Origin: Monocercomonoides exilis PA203
Taxonomy: Eukaryota > Protista > Preaxostyla
DNA: 64,000 bases
Assembly: GCA_001643675.2 (NCBI GenBank)
Contig: LSRY02000040.1
Location: 744,001 to 808,000, forward strand
Reading direction: 5' to 3'
A program made the position numbers and the translations under genes. Shown in pieces: positions 24,369 through 37,489 of the stretch (position 1 is the first letter of the stretch; every line of letters starts with the position of its first letter). The notes beneath the pieces are model-generated. The model saw only the letters and a program-made list of their open reading frames with translations, was not told the DNA's origin and made no database searches.

Positions 24369-25259
24369 ATTTGAATTTCAAAAAAATATTTTTGAAAAAA
24401 AAATTTTTTTGAATGAACAAAGTGGCTTTTCACCCCTTGAAACCAACCAATTTCTTGTGGAAGCTTGATGGAAGGTTTTTAACCCCATTTCTCCCCACCC
24501 ACCCATGAGAAATAGGCTTCATTTCAAAACACATTTAAATATTCAATATCGATTCCTTTAATTCAAATAATCAAGTTAAAGTTTCAAAAAGATGAACATA
24601 AAATATTTGTTGAAAAAAAACAGTCAGAGAAAAAAAAATGTGGGTTGAATCCCAAATCAATTTGTTGGTGTTGAATTCTGTTTAATAATTTTGCTCAATT
24701 TTTTAAATATAAAATTGTTTGCCATAAGGGTATTTTTTTATGAAAAGTCACCACAGATCAGAAATCTGACCCATGGATGTTAATTATAAAGCACTCCGTT
24801 TCCATTATACTAATGAAATTTTGCAACTTTCACAATAATGTTTGTTGGAACAATTCAAACCTCAAAACAAGAAAAAGTATTCAGAAACAAAATATTATAT
24901 ATCCAACAATTTGATCAAAAATAAAAATTTCTGTTTTTGAATATGAAAAGGTTTTATTTGATTGGACTAATTTGCAATTGTTAACTAATGAAATGTTCAT
25001 GGTTTGTTTAGATTCTTTTTCATGAAAAATTTGAGATTCGTTGATTAATCATATTCTTATTTGAATTTAATTTTTCATTGCACAGAATGTGCCTGGAATT
25101 TTAATAATTGCATTAATTACCCCCACAAGTTTGATAAAGATGTGAAACATACATATCAAAAGGTTTGCATTCAGCTTTTATATGAATGCTATAATTCATA
25201 ATAGATAAAAAATTATTAATTTTTCAAGCTATACAAACTCGCAGCATATAACAGAGAGC

Positions 25260-26110
25260 CTTAAATGAAAGAGATAGCAATGCGGGGCTGCACTTCAGAC
25301 TCATTTGTGGGAAAAGAAGATCTGTTATTTAAGGTTATGAAATACCTGAGCAAGACGATATTTGTATCTTCTGTAGTAAAAAACCACGAAGATAGCAAGC
25401 AACGTGGAGAGTTCAGCATGCCTTGCGTATAATTGAATGTTGGAGTGAATCACATTATTCCGTCACATTATTCTCAGCTGTTAATATCAGAGCAAACAGT
25501 CAACAATGGAGAATGTTGTATTCGGGATGTGAGCATTCACTCACTAGAATCTCAGTCATCTGCTTTGGTGCATCTGAACTCAACAACAACCAACGATGGA
25601 AGTATTATCACAACTCAGAAAAAGAAAGGATCGAAAGTGTGAAATTCAACCTTGATCAATCATTTTCGAATTCAGGCAATTCAATTATTCATGAAGCAAA
25701 TGGCCAACTTTCTCTTTCATTTGTTGACTTCTCTTCTGCTGGAGGGTCAAACATCATTCAAATTGTTGCCATTGACTAGACTTTGCTGAGCATTGGATAT
25801 GGAATTCTTCATATCGACAACTGCTCAATGACAATGCTTTCATTCAACAAGCCTTCATTTCTGTTCAATGGAGATGAGGTCTCAATCACAAATGTGAAAC
25901 TGGAACAAATTGAAGAAATGGCAAATGTGTTTGAGATTGGCAGTTGTGGAATAATGTCCATTAATGGAGTATCTGCGGATGGAGTGAAGCTGTCAGATGG
26001 TTGCATCATTGCAATTCGCAGTTCATCTTTAGGAACAATTTCTGTTGGTAACTCATCATTCGACAACTGCTCAAGGAATTCTGAAGAAGCTTCTTCATTT
26101 TGTGTCTCCT
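25260..26110 (+). pseudogene. Fragment of a large beta-rich (surface-protein-like) lineage-specific family
   Basis: Broken frames MKYLSKTIFVSSVVKNHEDSKQRGEFSMPCV*LNVGVNHII...IIHEANGQLSLSFVDFSS...ILHIDNCSM...SFDNCS, with stops and a frameshift. Confidence 0.55.
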
Positions 26111-26439
26111 CCTTCTTCAACGCCTTCTTCACCTTCTTATTTATTATTATTTTCGCAGAAATAAGCAAAAAGAAGACAAAACATTCTCAATATTGACTAT
26201 ATATTTGTTTCTATCAAAAAATTCTTTGAAAAAAAATGAATGTCAAAAGAAACAAGTGATGGAAGGAGAATGAGGTTAATAGATGAAACAAAATTATGTT
26301 TTGAAGAAAAATTGAGAAAATAAAAATTGTTGAATAAAGAACAGAAGAGAAAGAGGAGAAAGAGGAGTTGGAGGAAGAATAAGAATAAGGAGAAGAATAA
26401 CACGATAAGAAGGATGTCAATTCCAATGAAGAACATGGC

Positions 26440-29078
26440 AAGGCCTCGCTATTAACTCCCTCCGCCATTCCACCGTCTTTGGAAACTGCGCCAATCACTA
26501 CCCATTATCCAAAGGAAGATCAAAGAAGATCGCTTTTTTTTGAATCGTTCCTCCACAGCTTCAGCCGCACCATCTGGAACGACGCCTTCAGCCATTCTTT
26601 CTTCTCCGCCTCCGACTGTATAATCTCCACTGGTAGCTTCAGCCCAATTCATTCCCCCGCCACCATCGATTCTGTATTAAGCTCCAGCTTTAAGTTGTTC
26701 AGCGCATCTCGTTGTCTTCACAATCTCATTATTCAAAGACTACAGATGAGGATTTCGCAGATCAGCTTCATCACAAACATCCTGAAGCTGCTTCTGCTCG
26801 GAAGTTGTTCAGCAGAAACCACAGAAACGCAAACGCTTCAGCCTCCCTTTTCTCCTGTTGTATCCCGTCAAACAACCAAACGACATTTTAATCTCTTCTC
26901 TCACACACCTTCTAACGCAATTCAGTTGTCAGGAAAACTCCAATTCACCTTAAGTTTTCATTTTCCACACAAATTCACCAAATAGCTACATCCCTGCAAA
27001 GACCTTCCGGAACAGCTCTTCCCCAAACATCCTCGCCAACTGCACCACCTCTTTCTTCAATTTCTCCTCGAACTTCTTCCCCAGTCATATTTGAATAAAG
27101 TCCACATGGACCTGCCTTTGAAGCACCACACTTTCCCACCAAGCGCCGTAATAGCTCAAATCTACCAATATCTAATCTCTATATATTCACTGGATCTTCG
27201 ACAGAGTCCACGCCAGCTTCTGTTTAAGTCCTGTCTTCAGCCGCATCAGCGACCGCTCCATCGGCACAGACGACCACCGCATGGGTGACATCCGAAGCAC
27301 ATGCGCCGTTTCGTACGCAACCTACCACTGCATCTCAGACACTGCGCTCATCAACCGCTCCATCGCTGTCGACCCCGCCAGAAAAGGTCCCTCTTCAACC
27401 ACTTTCTCTTCTGCTCCTCCTTCCCTTCACCTGCCCAACCAGCCGCTCCACATTCTCTTCATACGGCGCCTTCATTTTCTTCTGCTCCCACTTCTTTTGC
27501 GCAAGCGCAGTCTGCTGCTTCTCAATCACCTCCTTGAACAGCGCCTTCTGCTCGCGTATCATCTTCTCATGCGCTTTCGACTGCTCCATCAGCATCTTCA
27601 TTTTCCTTCTCCATTGTGTTCATCTTCTGTTGCACAATTACATCTGCTCTTCCGCCCTGACTGCCTCCCCCACTTCCATATGTCCCAGCGCTGTTCTTTT
27701 CTGATTCCTCGCTGATCGAAGATCTCGTTCACTCACTTCCACCACCTCCTCCACCACTTCCTCCACCACCTCCGTTTGCTTCTCCCACAACACTCACCCC
27801 GCTCCCCACTTTCACAACAACCCACTTCCCATTGAGATCTGGTCCAAGCATCGCAGCGCTGCCATCACCGATGTTCGCTGAAAGATTTTACTGGCACTTT
27901 TCACACAGCCCCAACGGCAGAATCAACAAAGCCAAAGATGGAACCATCTCATTTCAAACAGAGAAAACAACGAAGAAGGCGTGGCAAGCTGCACCCTTGC
28001 CCCTTCTCCTGACCCTGACCCTGCTCCCTCGCTGTCTACACTCACCAACTCATCCTGATATTTTCAGAGCTTCTTCTCCTCAATCTCCACATCAATCAGT
28101 TCCACCTTCTCCTTCACCATTTCCAACTATTCCTGAGTCCCTTTCAACTTCTCATTGAACTTTTCGTTCAGCCCCAAAAACTTCCTCTGATTCATTCTGA
28201 TGATCTTGTCCTTCTCCTGCTGCATCTCTGCAAAGTCCACTCACTTAATTTGAAATCTGCTCATCATACTAGTTCTTATGCAGGTTCATGTTAAACTCCG
28301 AATGCCTTTTCTCCACCTCATACTTTCCCTCTTTCTTCCTCTATTTCTTTGCTCCTCCAATACAACCAGTGCAATCGCTGCTTGCGAAAGGATCACATCC
28401 TCCATTCTCCGCCCCGCAGCATCCAACGCCTTTTCCATAATCTCTTCCTTTCTTCGCGCACTGTGGGCACGCGTTATATCGCTTCCTTACCCAGCTTCAC
28501 CACCACACGCCTCCACTGCGGCAATCGCCATTTTTGCGGCGACGGGTTAAACAGATCGTAGATCGACGAGAAAGCATTCACATCCGCATCCGAAAAGATC
28601 TGTTTGCTCCCCAACTTTGTGCACACCGCGTTGCGAACGATGGAAGCGGAGCCACCAGCGTAACCGAAAGCATCGCCGAAAGCGCCACATCGTATGCACA
28701 TACGACACCTCCATTCAGCACCGCCAGTCGAGTCACAACATATCCACGCAGCTCCCGCGGCGACAGCAGCAGCTGCAGCTTCAGTGGCATGTGCCGCCCA
28801 TACACCCAAGCCGCATCTGGCACCACAATCCGCAGTCGCCTCTCGATGTCATCCACAGCTGCTGCAGACGCGTTTGATGCTGCGACAAATATCTCAGAAA
28901 GGCTAATCGAAGGGACTGATGATGAAGAAGATGAAAAATATGAAGATTCCAAAAGAAGAGACGATTGATGAGATATCCTTTCTGCAAGATTTCTTTTAAG
29001 ATAATCCTTCGAATCAAACAGAAGCACCATCAAAAGCGAAAACACGATATCAATATTAAGATCAGAAAGGTCGACCAA
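26440..29078 (-). pseudogene. GC-richer, heavily decayed gene of unknown function
   Basis: Chain of coding-like minus-strand segments (28578-29078, 28474-28600, 27395-27601 and others) broken by many stops; GC content visibly above the flanks. Confidence 0.4.
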
Positions 29079-29638
29079 TTAAAAATGGTTTCCTAAATCT
29101 GCGAAAGCGCAAATAAAACAGTAGTTTTTCAGGTTAAATGTTGAAATGTGAAGAGGTTTTGAAGGTAATGAAGGAATTATTGTTTGACTCCAACACCACA
29201 TGAATCAAATGACAGTAAAAATGAAAAGATCAATCACCGAAACAGAGAATGTTGTGATTGTTGCTTTCCACCCATTCTAATGATAATGGAAAAATAAACT
29301 TTCATTTTATCTCATTTCACATTTCTTTGCTTCCTTATTTGAGAACAAAAAATTGTGCGAAATATTTTGATAGATCAAATCCCACTAATTATTCATTTTG
29401 GAACCTTTTCATTATTTCCAAACTTTTTGAATTTTCTGTGATAAATAAAAGCACAAATAATATTTCAAGAGTGGATTTTTTATTTTTCATCGTATTTTGA
29501 AAAAATAAAATTTTTGATCTTTTTTGATCTTTTGATCAAAATTTTTTGTTTTTGATTTTTTTATTGAAATACGAAATACTGGACTTAAAGAAGTTAACGG
29601 AGGAGTTAAAATGCAATAATCTTCCACATATATGAAAT

Positions 29639-29899
29639 TGGCTGATTAATTCTAAAGAAAATGTCATATGTACGGGTTTTTTCCCTTGTGCGGGTTTTTT
29701 CCCTCACCATAAACAAAAGAACACAAAAAAGAGAAAAGGCTAAAAAAGCATAATCATGATTTTTATTTCTGTTTTTGCATTTGTTTTTTAAACAGTTGTT
29801 GTAAAATTCTTAAATAGAATACAAAATCTCTTCCCAACGACAAATGAAAATGAAAAATTGACACCCAAAAAAAAGTTATGATTTCAAAAATAATCACCC
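29639..29899. mobile_element. Degenerate ~260-bp MITE of the GGGTGAT family (inverted relative to 24111-24368)
   Basis: Ends ...AAAGTTATGATTTCAAAAATAATCACCC; left end GGCTGATTAATTCTAAAG; ~190 bp alignable with 24113-24300. Confidence 0.65.
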
Positions 29900-32799
29900 A
29901 CATAGATCAAAAAAGGGTAATTAAATTTTGGGACAAGTTAAATTTAATTTGTTCAAAGCATGTTTGAGTGCTTTCTATTCCAATTTCAATTATTAATTTG
30001 TTCATTTCGATAATTGTTGAAAATAATTATCAAGAAAAATTTTATGTTCATTTTTATGTTTAGAGGGAAAAAATAATTTGATCCATTCAACAAAAAAGTT
30101 TCTGCACAAAAGAAAGACAGAATAACATTTTGAAACTGTTAACAACAATGTAACAATCATTCACACAATTTTTAATTATCGGTCATTTATTATGCAATCA
30201 CCTTCACTTTCATCAGATGCTCTTTTATCAGCATCCAAACATTTTTCCACTATCTTTCTTTGTCGAATATGATGTTATGTTTACTGCTAAATGTTTTAAA
30301 AAACAGTCTCTGTAGTGCACATGAAAAGTTTTTGTTGCTGAACAGAAGGATAATCGTTTAGCCGTGCTTCGCTGAAGAAGAAAGAAGAAAATTTTGTTCA
30401 GAAGAATGAGAAAAGCATACAAAGAAGAAGGAGGCATTCTCTTTTTGCAGCTTTCCATAGGAGCAGTTATGTCTCAAAATCAAAAACAAAGAATAAGAAG
30501 CAGGCTTGATTGTTCACGAAGAGGCACAAGTGCTGATTCGCATCAAATGAAATTGTTTTTTGGGGCAATCTGGAATGCCTCACTGAAAAAAATTTGACAT
30601 CCACAAGAATGATAACAACAGTGCTGATCAAGTCAAACATATAATCAACTTCATCAATCTGAAATGGTTCATTCTCCCAACGAAAATTGAAAATGTGAGC
30701 TAGCACTTTTTTCAAAAATTCTTCCGTATGATTTGGCTGATTATCTCCTCAATAGCACAAAAATTATCGACAATGTATTTCTTTTCATAAACTTTTCAAG
30801 ATAATTGTCATGAAAGCTACCACATGCATCCTCATCAATTTCTTCTAAGTTTGCAAAATGAAATAATGTTGCAAGAAACGCATATCTTTTTAGGATTTGA
30901 AGCTCTCCTCTTTTCTCCATTCTCTTCTTCTTCTCCCTTCTCTTCCTCTTCTTCTTTTTCTACAACATCTTCTTCTTTTTCTACAACATCTTCTTCTTTT
31001 TCTACAACATCTTCTTCTTTTTCTTCTTTTTCTTCTTCTTCTTCGAACTCATCATCATTATCTTCTTCTTTATTTCTTTTTCTTCTTCCTCCTCCTCCTC
31101 CTATTTCTTTCATTGTCATTCATTTTCTTCTTCCATTGTTCCTTCTATGCAACAAATGTCTCTCTTTAACTGCTTTTGATTTAGGTATCTTTTCTCTTCT
31201 TGCACCATTGATACTGTCCCCCGTTGACAAACGCTGAATCCCCCATCTCATTGCATTAGCAACTACGCTCTGCAGAAGCATACTCACATTTACAAAATGT
31301 CAATGCTTCAATGATCACAGCAACATGACAAGAAGATGAAGAAACACAATGATATATCTATAGACTTGTCAATACACGAGCACCATAGTGAACTCAATAA
31401 GCACCAGAAAATAGGTTCGCTTGAAAGCAAAATCTGAAGAATTCTCTATTTTTAAAAACAATTTCTAATAGAAGCCACAACACAAGATAAACACAAACCA
31501 ACATCATAACAATCAGAAATGAATAAATTTAAATGTCTTCAGAGAAATTGCCCACTCTCAGTGTTCGTCTGAGAAAACATGGCCGTCTTGTCTAACGTTT
31601 GCAAATACCTCAGCGCACACAATATGAAGCAACAAAGTTCCCACAAATCAACTCTTCATCAATGCCACGCAAATGGAGTATTGCAAAAAAATCTCTGGCT
31701 GTCTGCGCTTGAAGAGGCTGATCAAAAATATTCTGTATTTTTCTGTTGTTGCCTGTAGCGTCGAAGAAATTAAGCACATGTGCTTTGATTCAAAAGAAAA
31801 CATTCTCTCACTTCCTTCTCTTCTGTTTTGAGAGATCGTCACTGATTGGCAAGTCACGATCACTGATCAAGGAAAAAGATGATTCCGAATAATCATCTGG
31901 GAGCTGGACTTGCGACCGAACCGAGCGCAGCGGCGCTTCCTGGTGGCTCAACAAGCGGGTTTCCAACATTTTTCTGACCCTTTTCCGCCTCCCAACCTTC
32001 TTCTTTCTCAACCTTGCAACCTTTATCTTCTTCAACTTCGCAAGAAGAAAAACAAGAAGAATATACACCTCTGGAAGATTCATATTTGGATATATTCGGA
32101 AGACCACCGGAATTATCCTTATATGATCTGCCTTTGCCGGATCTAATGATTAACGAATTAATTTTCACATTAAAGACTGAGGATTTATCACCCTTTCTAT
32201 CTTGAGCGTCTCCGCCTTTTGCAAAGAATGCAAGACCTTTCAAAGATGCATTAGACCAAGCAGGCGAAAGATGCGAAACGTTTTTATACCCAGTTATGAA
32301 ATTACTATTATTTGCTCATTCAAAGACTTTAAAGGATAATGCAGTTTATGAAACAATAGCTCAAGCTTGTTAACTTTTTGCTCAAGCCCTGAAGGAAGCC
32401 AGAAACGCTCGTATTCAAGCGAGATTCGGTTTTTCCGAGGAAGCGAAAATTAAGGAAGATTCTGTATCAACGCTTCAAACCAAAAGACAAAGGGATCTGT
32501 TTGAAGAATCCAGGAAAACAATGGAGACAACAATCAAAAGATGGGCACAAATATCTTTTAATTCATAAGCCTTTGGAAAAAGTTATTATGGAAAAGACAG
32601 AACCAGTCAGAGAGATCAGCATTCACTGTTTTTTCGTTCGGGTCCTCGGTCGCATGAATAGAGAATATCAGCAAGCACGAACAATAGAAGCCATTCGCAG
32701 CAGCGAACCAGGGGAGCGAGAACAAATTAAGCCAGTTGTATTCAACAGTTGGAGGAAGAACGGCATTTTTATTGAAAATGCTCGGAGAAGGAAAGGCGG

Positions 32800-33793
32800 A
32801 GAAAGGCTGATAAAGAGATGTGTTATTCCAATTTGGAAAAGCAAAAAAGCCAGGAAGAGACTAATCAATGCAAAGAATGTAGCTCATTGTCCACAACAGT
32901 CACAGGAAGCAACGATTGCGATGGAAAAGCAAATACAGGAGCAGCTCGAGACGAATAAAATACAAAAGATTCCAAAAAGAAAAGTGAAATGCTTAAACTC
33001 AGTGTTTGTCATCAGGAAAAAACAAGGTGGATGGAGGCAAATTATCGATTGCAGAAAGCGAAACTATGCTACAAAGTCTTTTCATTTCAAATAAACGGAT
33101 TACAGGCCAGTGGAACGAATTATAGCAAGAGGAGATTATGCGATAACCATCGATCACAGCCAGACCTATTGCTTGGAAAAGGTGGACAACATTTTCAAGC
33201 CTTATCTTTTTTTCTAATTCAACAAGATTTACCACTGTTTCAACGGAATACGATTTGGATGCAAAGATTCTTTAAGAATCTTCACAAAAATCATGAGGAA
33301 AGTGATAACATTCATTCTTCAGAAATAGTACGAAAGAGCAATCTCCGACCTAGACGATATTATCCTTCTTCACCAAGATCAATGAAAGCTCAAATGCATA
33401 ACTGTGAAAGTCGTCTCTCTCCTCAAATGCCTTGGTTTGCTTGTGAACGAAGAAAAGAGTCACCTGATACCATCGCAAAGCCTAACCTATTTAGAATTCG
33501 ATTGGGACATAGGCCATTTTCATGTTGCGTTGGAAAGGAAAAGAATGTATCATTAAACAAGGGAATGTCTCAAAATGAGGAAGATGTCCCTCAAAACACA
33601 AGAAGTTAGAGTGAGAGACCTGGCAGCCTTCATTGGAAAACTGAACCCCACAATGTTTGTGTTTCGGGAAGCTTCTCTTTTTCATTCAACTCTGTATCGA
33701 ACTCTGAACAACATGGTTTCGAGAACAGGATGGAAAGAATGGATGAATATCAACCATTCTGTCCTCCCAAATCAAACCAAATGGGGGAAAATA
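32800..33793 (+). pseudogene. DIRS reverse transcriptase (disrupted)
   Basis: LNSVFVIRKKQGGWRQIIDCRK, GDYAITID, RIFTKIMRKV, DLDDIILL (YxDD position), LGLLVNEEKS; stops and frameshifts. Confidence 0.88.
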
Positions 33794-34368
33794 TGTCACT
33801 TCAAGTTATTTCATTGAAAAATTATGCACTTTTTATAGTCTTTTTTTTATCAAAAAATACTTTCTATTTTTTTTCCTTATTGTGATATTAGTTGTGATAC
33901 AAAACATTATGTTATTATTTCATTGATGTTTGTTCACAATTATAAAAAATCCAATTTATTTTGAAATCTGAGAGAGTTAACAAAAGTTATGAGTGAAACC
34001 ATTATTTTGTCCTTTGTGCAAAAAATGCTTGGAAGTTCATGTTTTCCCCCAAATGGATAACGAAATAAAAGGCCAACACTACCCGATAGCTTTATCCTCT
34101 GTTCGTTCAAGAAGCAATCCTCACAACAAACACATCCAGAAGAACAGCTAAAGCCCATTAAAGAACAAGAAACAAAGAATTCGATTTCCATTATATCCTC
34201 CCACGTTGGCAACGTAACCAAAGCTCCAAAAATCGAGAAATGTGGGTGATTCTTCAATCGCAAATCCATCTCACTCCCACACTGTCATCCAACCACATCA
34301 GCAAACTTCTTTTTTGATCGCACAACTCAACATCAGTTTTCAACTTATTCATAAGGTGTGAAGTGACA
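33794..34368. mobile_element. 575-bp insertion with 10-bp inverted termini nested in DIRS pol
   Basis: TGTCACTTCA (33794-33803) ... TGAAGTGACA (34359-34368). DIRS coding stops and resumes at these points. No TSD; the RNase H N-terminal half is missing. Confidence 0.65.
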
Positions 34369-34900
34369 AACCTTCGAAGGCTTTTAACGAAGATATGGAG
34401 GCTTTCGAAAGCTATGAAAGTTCAAGTGAAGGCTCAGCACATTCCGGGAAATAAAAACGGCAGAGCCGACTCCCTTTCAAGATTAGAATGGGGAGAAGAC
34501 TATCAAATTAGACAAGAAGCCTTTCGAAAACTGTTGAAGAAAATTCAAGTGAAAATAACTCTGGATGCGTTTGCCACAGCGTAGAACAAGAAAGCTTATC
34601 GATGGTGCGGTCCCAGAAGCCATAAAAACGAAGATGGCCTTCAACAGCCTTGACGTGGAGAAACCGATCTCGCTCGCCCACCTATTCCACTCATTCTTCC
34701 CACAATCAGGAAAACGATTCTTGAACAAGCTCGAGTTCTTCTCCTTCTTCCCGATTGGATGGGCTAAATATGGGAAACGCTGTTGAGAGAAACGAATCGT
34801 ATCGAATGGATATCGAAGAACCGAGCGATCTTCTAATTCCAAGACCGCTGATGAAGAAGATGGATGCTTGTCTTCCACCAGGGAAACTACGTGCAATCTT
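34369..34900 (+). pseudogene. DIRS RNase H C-terminus plus N6-adenine methyltransferase-like domain
   Basis: HIPGNKNGRADSLSR (RNase H end), then LDAFATA*NKK...DGLQQP...RPPIPLI...LLLPDW, the pattern of the DIRS1 MT domain. Confidence 0.8.
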
Positions 34901-36300
34901 GATAAATCCTTTGCTTCTAACGGAGAAGTTTGGTTCAATGCCATCCTGCAGACAAAAGGATTTTCCATCGATATGGTCAATCTGTGCGAATCCAGCTTTT
35001 CGCCATCAACATAGAATGGATATTTACTAAGTTTCGCTCGTTTCGGAGAAGAGTGGGCTGTATGCAACTATGGTCCACCTCCAAGTGATTGGTTTGACTG
35101 GGTAATAAAATGTGCGGATGTCTTTCTTTGACTTCACGATAAGGGACAAAAATGGTCTTCGCTATGTAAAACACGTTCAGCAATTTCTCTGGCGTCTCAA
35201 CTTTTATTTTAAAACAGAAAACATATTATCCACTAATGAAGATTCTTTTCCGATATTTCCAAAGACTTGAAAGAAGAAATAAGAAAAACAAGCCTCCCAT
35301 TTGGAATCCAAGAGTTCTTTTGGACAATATAGCAACCTGAGGTGAAATTAAAGATCTGGATAATGACACACTCACAAAGAAAACAATCTGCCTATGGATA
35401 CTCTTTTCTGCGTGCCGCTTCACTGAACTCGAAAGAATAAGCCTTGCACATTCAACAATAAAAGAGGACTCAATTGCCCTTGATACCTCGTTGAAGACCA
35501 GAACTGAAAGAACAGATATCATCATCCCATTCCAACAAAAAACACCATTAATTTGCTATGCATCAGCTGTGAAGGAATTGTTGTTTAGAGTGGAAAGGAT
35601 ACAAACAAATTCTGATCACTTTTTTGTGAACGAAATAACAAAAAAGACCCTGTTTTCAAGAGCCCTGATAAAACTTGCATCTGAAATCATTCTCAAGTCA
35701 GGTATTCCTGAATGTTTCGGAACTTATTCACTAAAGTTCGCTTCAATATCTGCCTAAACGATGTCTGGAATGCCCATAGCACAAGTTGCCAAGTTTGCGA
35801 GGCTGTCTCCGAGAAGCGTTACGATAACGAACTACTATTGTCAATCAGGTGTTTCTTCCTCTTGTGCAATAGCGATTGCAGTTCAATCAACCGAAAGCAA
35901 TGTTCAAAGGGAAATGCAAAGTGACTCAGCTGATCCACATTTAGTAAACTTGAGAAGCTCAGAAGAAAATTGTGCAAGCAGAGATTACGATGATGATTCA
36001 ACCACAGCTGAGAACGAACAGGAGGAAGTGGATAGAAGCAGAGATTCAGGATCATCACAAATGACAAAGCGCTCGCGAATAGTGAAGATAAAAAGGAAAA
36101 ACACCAGATATCACAACAATCAGGGAAAAGCTGTTTTAAATTCAAAAACGTGTTGTCTTAAGCCAAGTCGAATCGAGGAACCAGAAGACAACAGCATCGA
36201 AGAACCTAAAGAGAAGAACCAGAGTGAAAGAAAGATCGAACAAGAAGTCACACAAGAAAAATACGTTCAATTCATAATGAGAACCAGATTACAAGCTTAG
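34900..36300 (+). pseudogene. DIRS tyrosine recombinase (disrupted) with a low-complexity C-terminal tail
   Basis: KKTICLWILFSACRFTELERI (catalytic Arg), LKTRT, ICYASAV, SGIPECFGTYSLKFASISA, FARLSPRSVTITNYY (catalytic Tyr). Confidence 0.85.
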
Positions 36301-36403
36301 CAAGAGTTCTTAGAAAAAATGTTAAAAAACGGAGATCTTAAAGTCTATATAATATTTTTGATGCTTCACATGCTCCTAATTTGGTGTTAATTTCAAACCA
36401 GTG

Positions 36404-36490
36404 GAGAAGGAAGTGAGAGAATGATTTCTTTTGAATCAAAGCATATGTGCTTTGATACAAAAAGAAAATGTGACTCTCACTTCCTTTTCT
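36404..36490. repeat. DIRS internal complementary region (ICR)
   Basis: First half GAGAAGGAAGTGAGAGAATGATTTCTTTTGAATCAAAGCA complements the start of the left repeat. Second half TGCTTTGATACAAAAAGAAAATGTGACTCTCACTTCCTT complements the end of the right repeat. Confidence 0.9.
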
Positions 36491-37489
36491 TCTTCCCGCC
36501 TCGTATTATTCCCACCCCTATGCGAATAATATTGTATTTTCCACTCATTTTCCTATCTCTTCAGGCGCGTTTGTAATTTGTGCAATGTAACTCACTTTAT
36601 TTTTCATTATATCTTAACATCACCCGAAAAGAATTAAATTGTAATTTTCATTTCAGATCAGTTGGGTGATTTGCCTATAAGTGACTATCTTTCAAAACAA
36701 AAGAGAAGGAAGTGAGAGTCACATTTTCTTTTTTAAGCAAATTACGAATGAAAATCTCCTTGCTCACTCAAAAAAGCTGTCCTTTCGAAGAATGAAAACC
36801 AAAAGCGTTTGGCCTGAATGTCGTTCGACTGCAAGCAAATATTCGACAATTGGATGTCTCGTAGTTGGCGTTTCTCCGCTCTTTCGAAGCAAAAGCGGAA
36901 GCAGAAATAAAAATTCTTCGCTTTCCATGCCTGCCTGGCACAGTTCGAGAAACAGGAAAACCTTATAAAAAAAACCGATATTTTAAGGTTCTCCTTTTTT
37001 TCATTGAATTCTGGTCTTCTTTTTTATGTGCAAAATATCCTTCCCTCGATATCGCCTGCCACTTTCCTTGCCAAAAAACTGTTCCACTGCCTTATGCTCC
37101 CAAATTCTATATGGGTGATTTTTTTTGATATCATAAAAAATTCCGACGTTTGATCATACAATTTTTTCATTAAGGGTTGTGTTGAAAATAAAATTCGAAT
37201 TTGAAATAAAATGAAAATATTGTTTAACATAATATTATTATTACTTATTAGTTGATTTTAATTTGTTTCTAATCGTTTTTATTTAAAATTTGTGAAAGAA
37301 TTTGAAAATATATCTTAAAAATATCGAATATTCAATAAACAGAACAAAAACAAAAGTTTGCTGGTTTGAAAAACATGATAACAATAATCACAATACATAA
37401 TGAATCAATGTCTTAAGCAACAAACTGTTAAATAATGTTATTGAAAAAGAATAAAATAAGAAAAGTTGAAATCGATAAAGTATAAATGA

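Larger units (their letters stand above)
31772..36739 (+). mobile_element. DIRS1-type tyrosine-recombinase retrotransposon, full-length outline but decayed
   Basis: Left terminal repeat 31781-31868 is inverted relative to right repeat 36656-36735. Internal complementary region at 36404-36490. gag-like, RT, RNase H, methyltransferase-like and YR regions occur in DIRS order. Confidence 0.92.

Noticed and set aside
24111-29899. One 5.8-kb element bounded by ~190-bp inverted repeats
   Set aside because: Each repeat has its own second terminus about 260 bp away and the outer flanks do not form a TSD; two independent MITE copies is simpler.
18925-36300. In-frame stops as evidence of TAA/TAG reassignment or readthrough
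   Set aside because: Stops include TGA and co-occur with frameshifts; intact genes end in TAA and use CAA/CAG for Gln. Simple pseudogenisation fits better.
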